From Haliotis rubra (lineage: Eukaryota), in the NCBI RefSeq assembly GCF_003918875.1, contig NW_025767086.1, positions 620,001 to 684,000 of the forward strand: a DNA stretch of 64,000 bases. Reading direction: 5' to 3'. The notes below the pieces were generated by a model. It had not been told where the DNA came from. It worked only from the letters and a program-made list of their open reading frames with translations, and did no database searches. Of the stretch, positions 63,556-64,000 are shown piece after piece (position 1 is the first letter of the stretch; each line of letters starts with the position of its first letter). The translations under genes were made by a program, and so were the position numbers.

Positions 63556-64000
63556 GGTCCTGGCATCATTATTTCCCACCTTTCAAATTGGAAACTGTCC
63601 ACAATTTCTTATTAATCTGTGAAAATCACATAAATTAGAGATAATAAATGAACGACATTAATGAGTTAGGCTGCTATCTTCACCTTGCATTCATATAAAA
63701 AAACAAGAGAAATTCATGGTTATCACTATTTATTATAATGGTAAAATGAACATAACACCATGACAGTACTAGACATAAACTAAATGAAATGATTACATAA
63801 AATGTGTACAGCCCTAGGTATCTGTAGCTCATCCTGATGAATGTTTGTATATGAGGAAGACTTTCCTTGACCTTCAGCAAACAAACATAGTATCTGACAA
63901 TAAATACAAGGACTGATGCATCATCTGTGTGATACAGTCTGTGAATGAACACATATGAGAAAAATGATTATGAACATGATGGCATCTCACAGAAGAGTTA

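Overview
AT-rich, intron-containing animal genomic DNA. The SINE complement suggests a mollusc, probably a gastropod such as abalone (inference). One assembly gap lies at 10201-10357. I reconstructed these genes by hand from GT-AG splice sites and reading frame: (1) the last two exons of an unidentified + strand gene at the left edge; (2) a 6-exon minus-strand gene for a ~363-aa protein made only of two tandem, diverged PAW domains, which shares intron positions with the 3' exons of the neighbouring NGLY1; (3) NGLY1/PNGase, 5 exons, 675 aa, PUB-transglutaminase-PAW; (4) a KLF9/13-type Kruppel-like factor, 3 exons, 265 aa; (5) a compact FAM184-family coiled-coil gene, 4 coding exons, ~413 aa; (6) SPAG8, 6 exons, 201 aa. 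Introns and intergenic DNA carry five Tc1/mariner copies or remnants, several MITEs, LINE fragments, at least four SINE families and two 41-bp minisatellites. The most notable item is the NGLY1-derived double-PAW, enzyme-less gene. Its central intron holds a ten-copy array of its own splice acceptor and an inverted copy of its own start-codon region. Also notable are a stack of three SINEs inserted one after another at a single 10-bp site, and a pseudoknot-like 5' head with compensatory changes on a SINE family that has no tRNA head.
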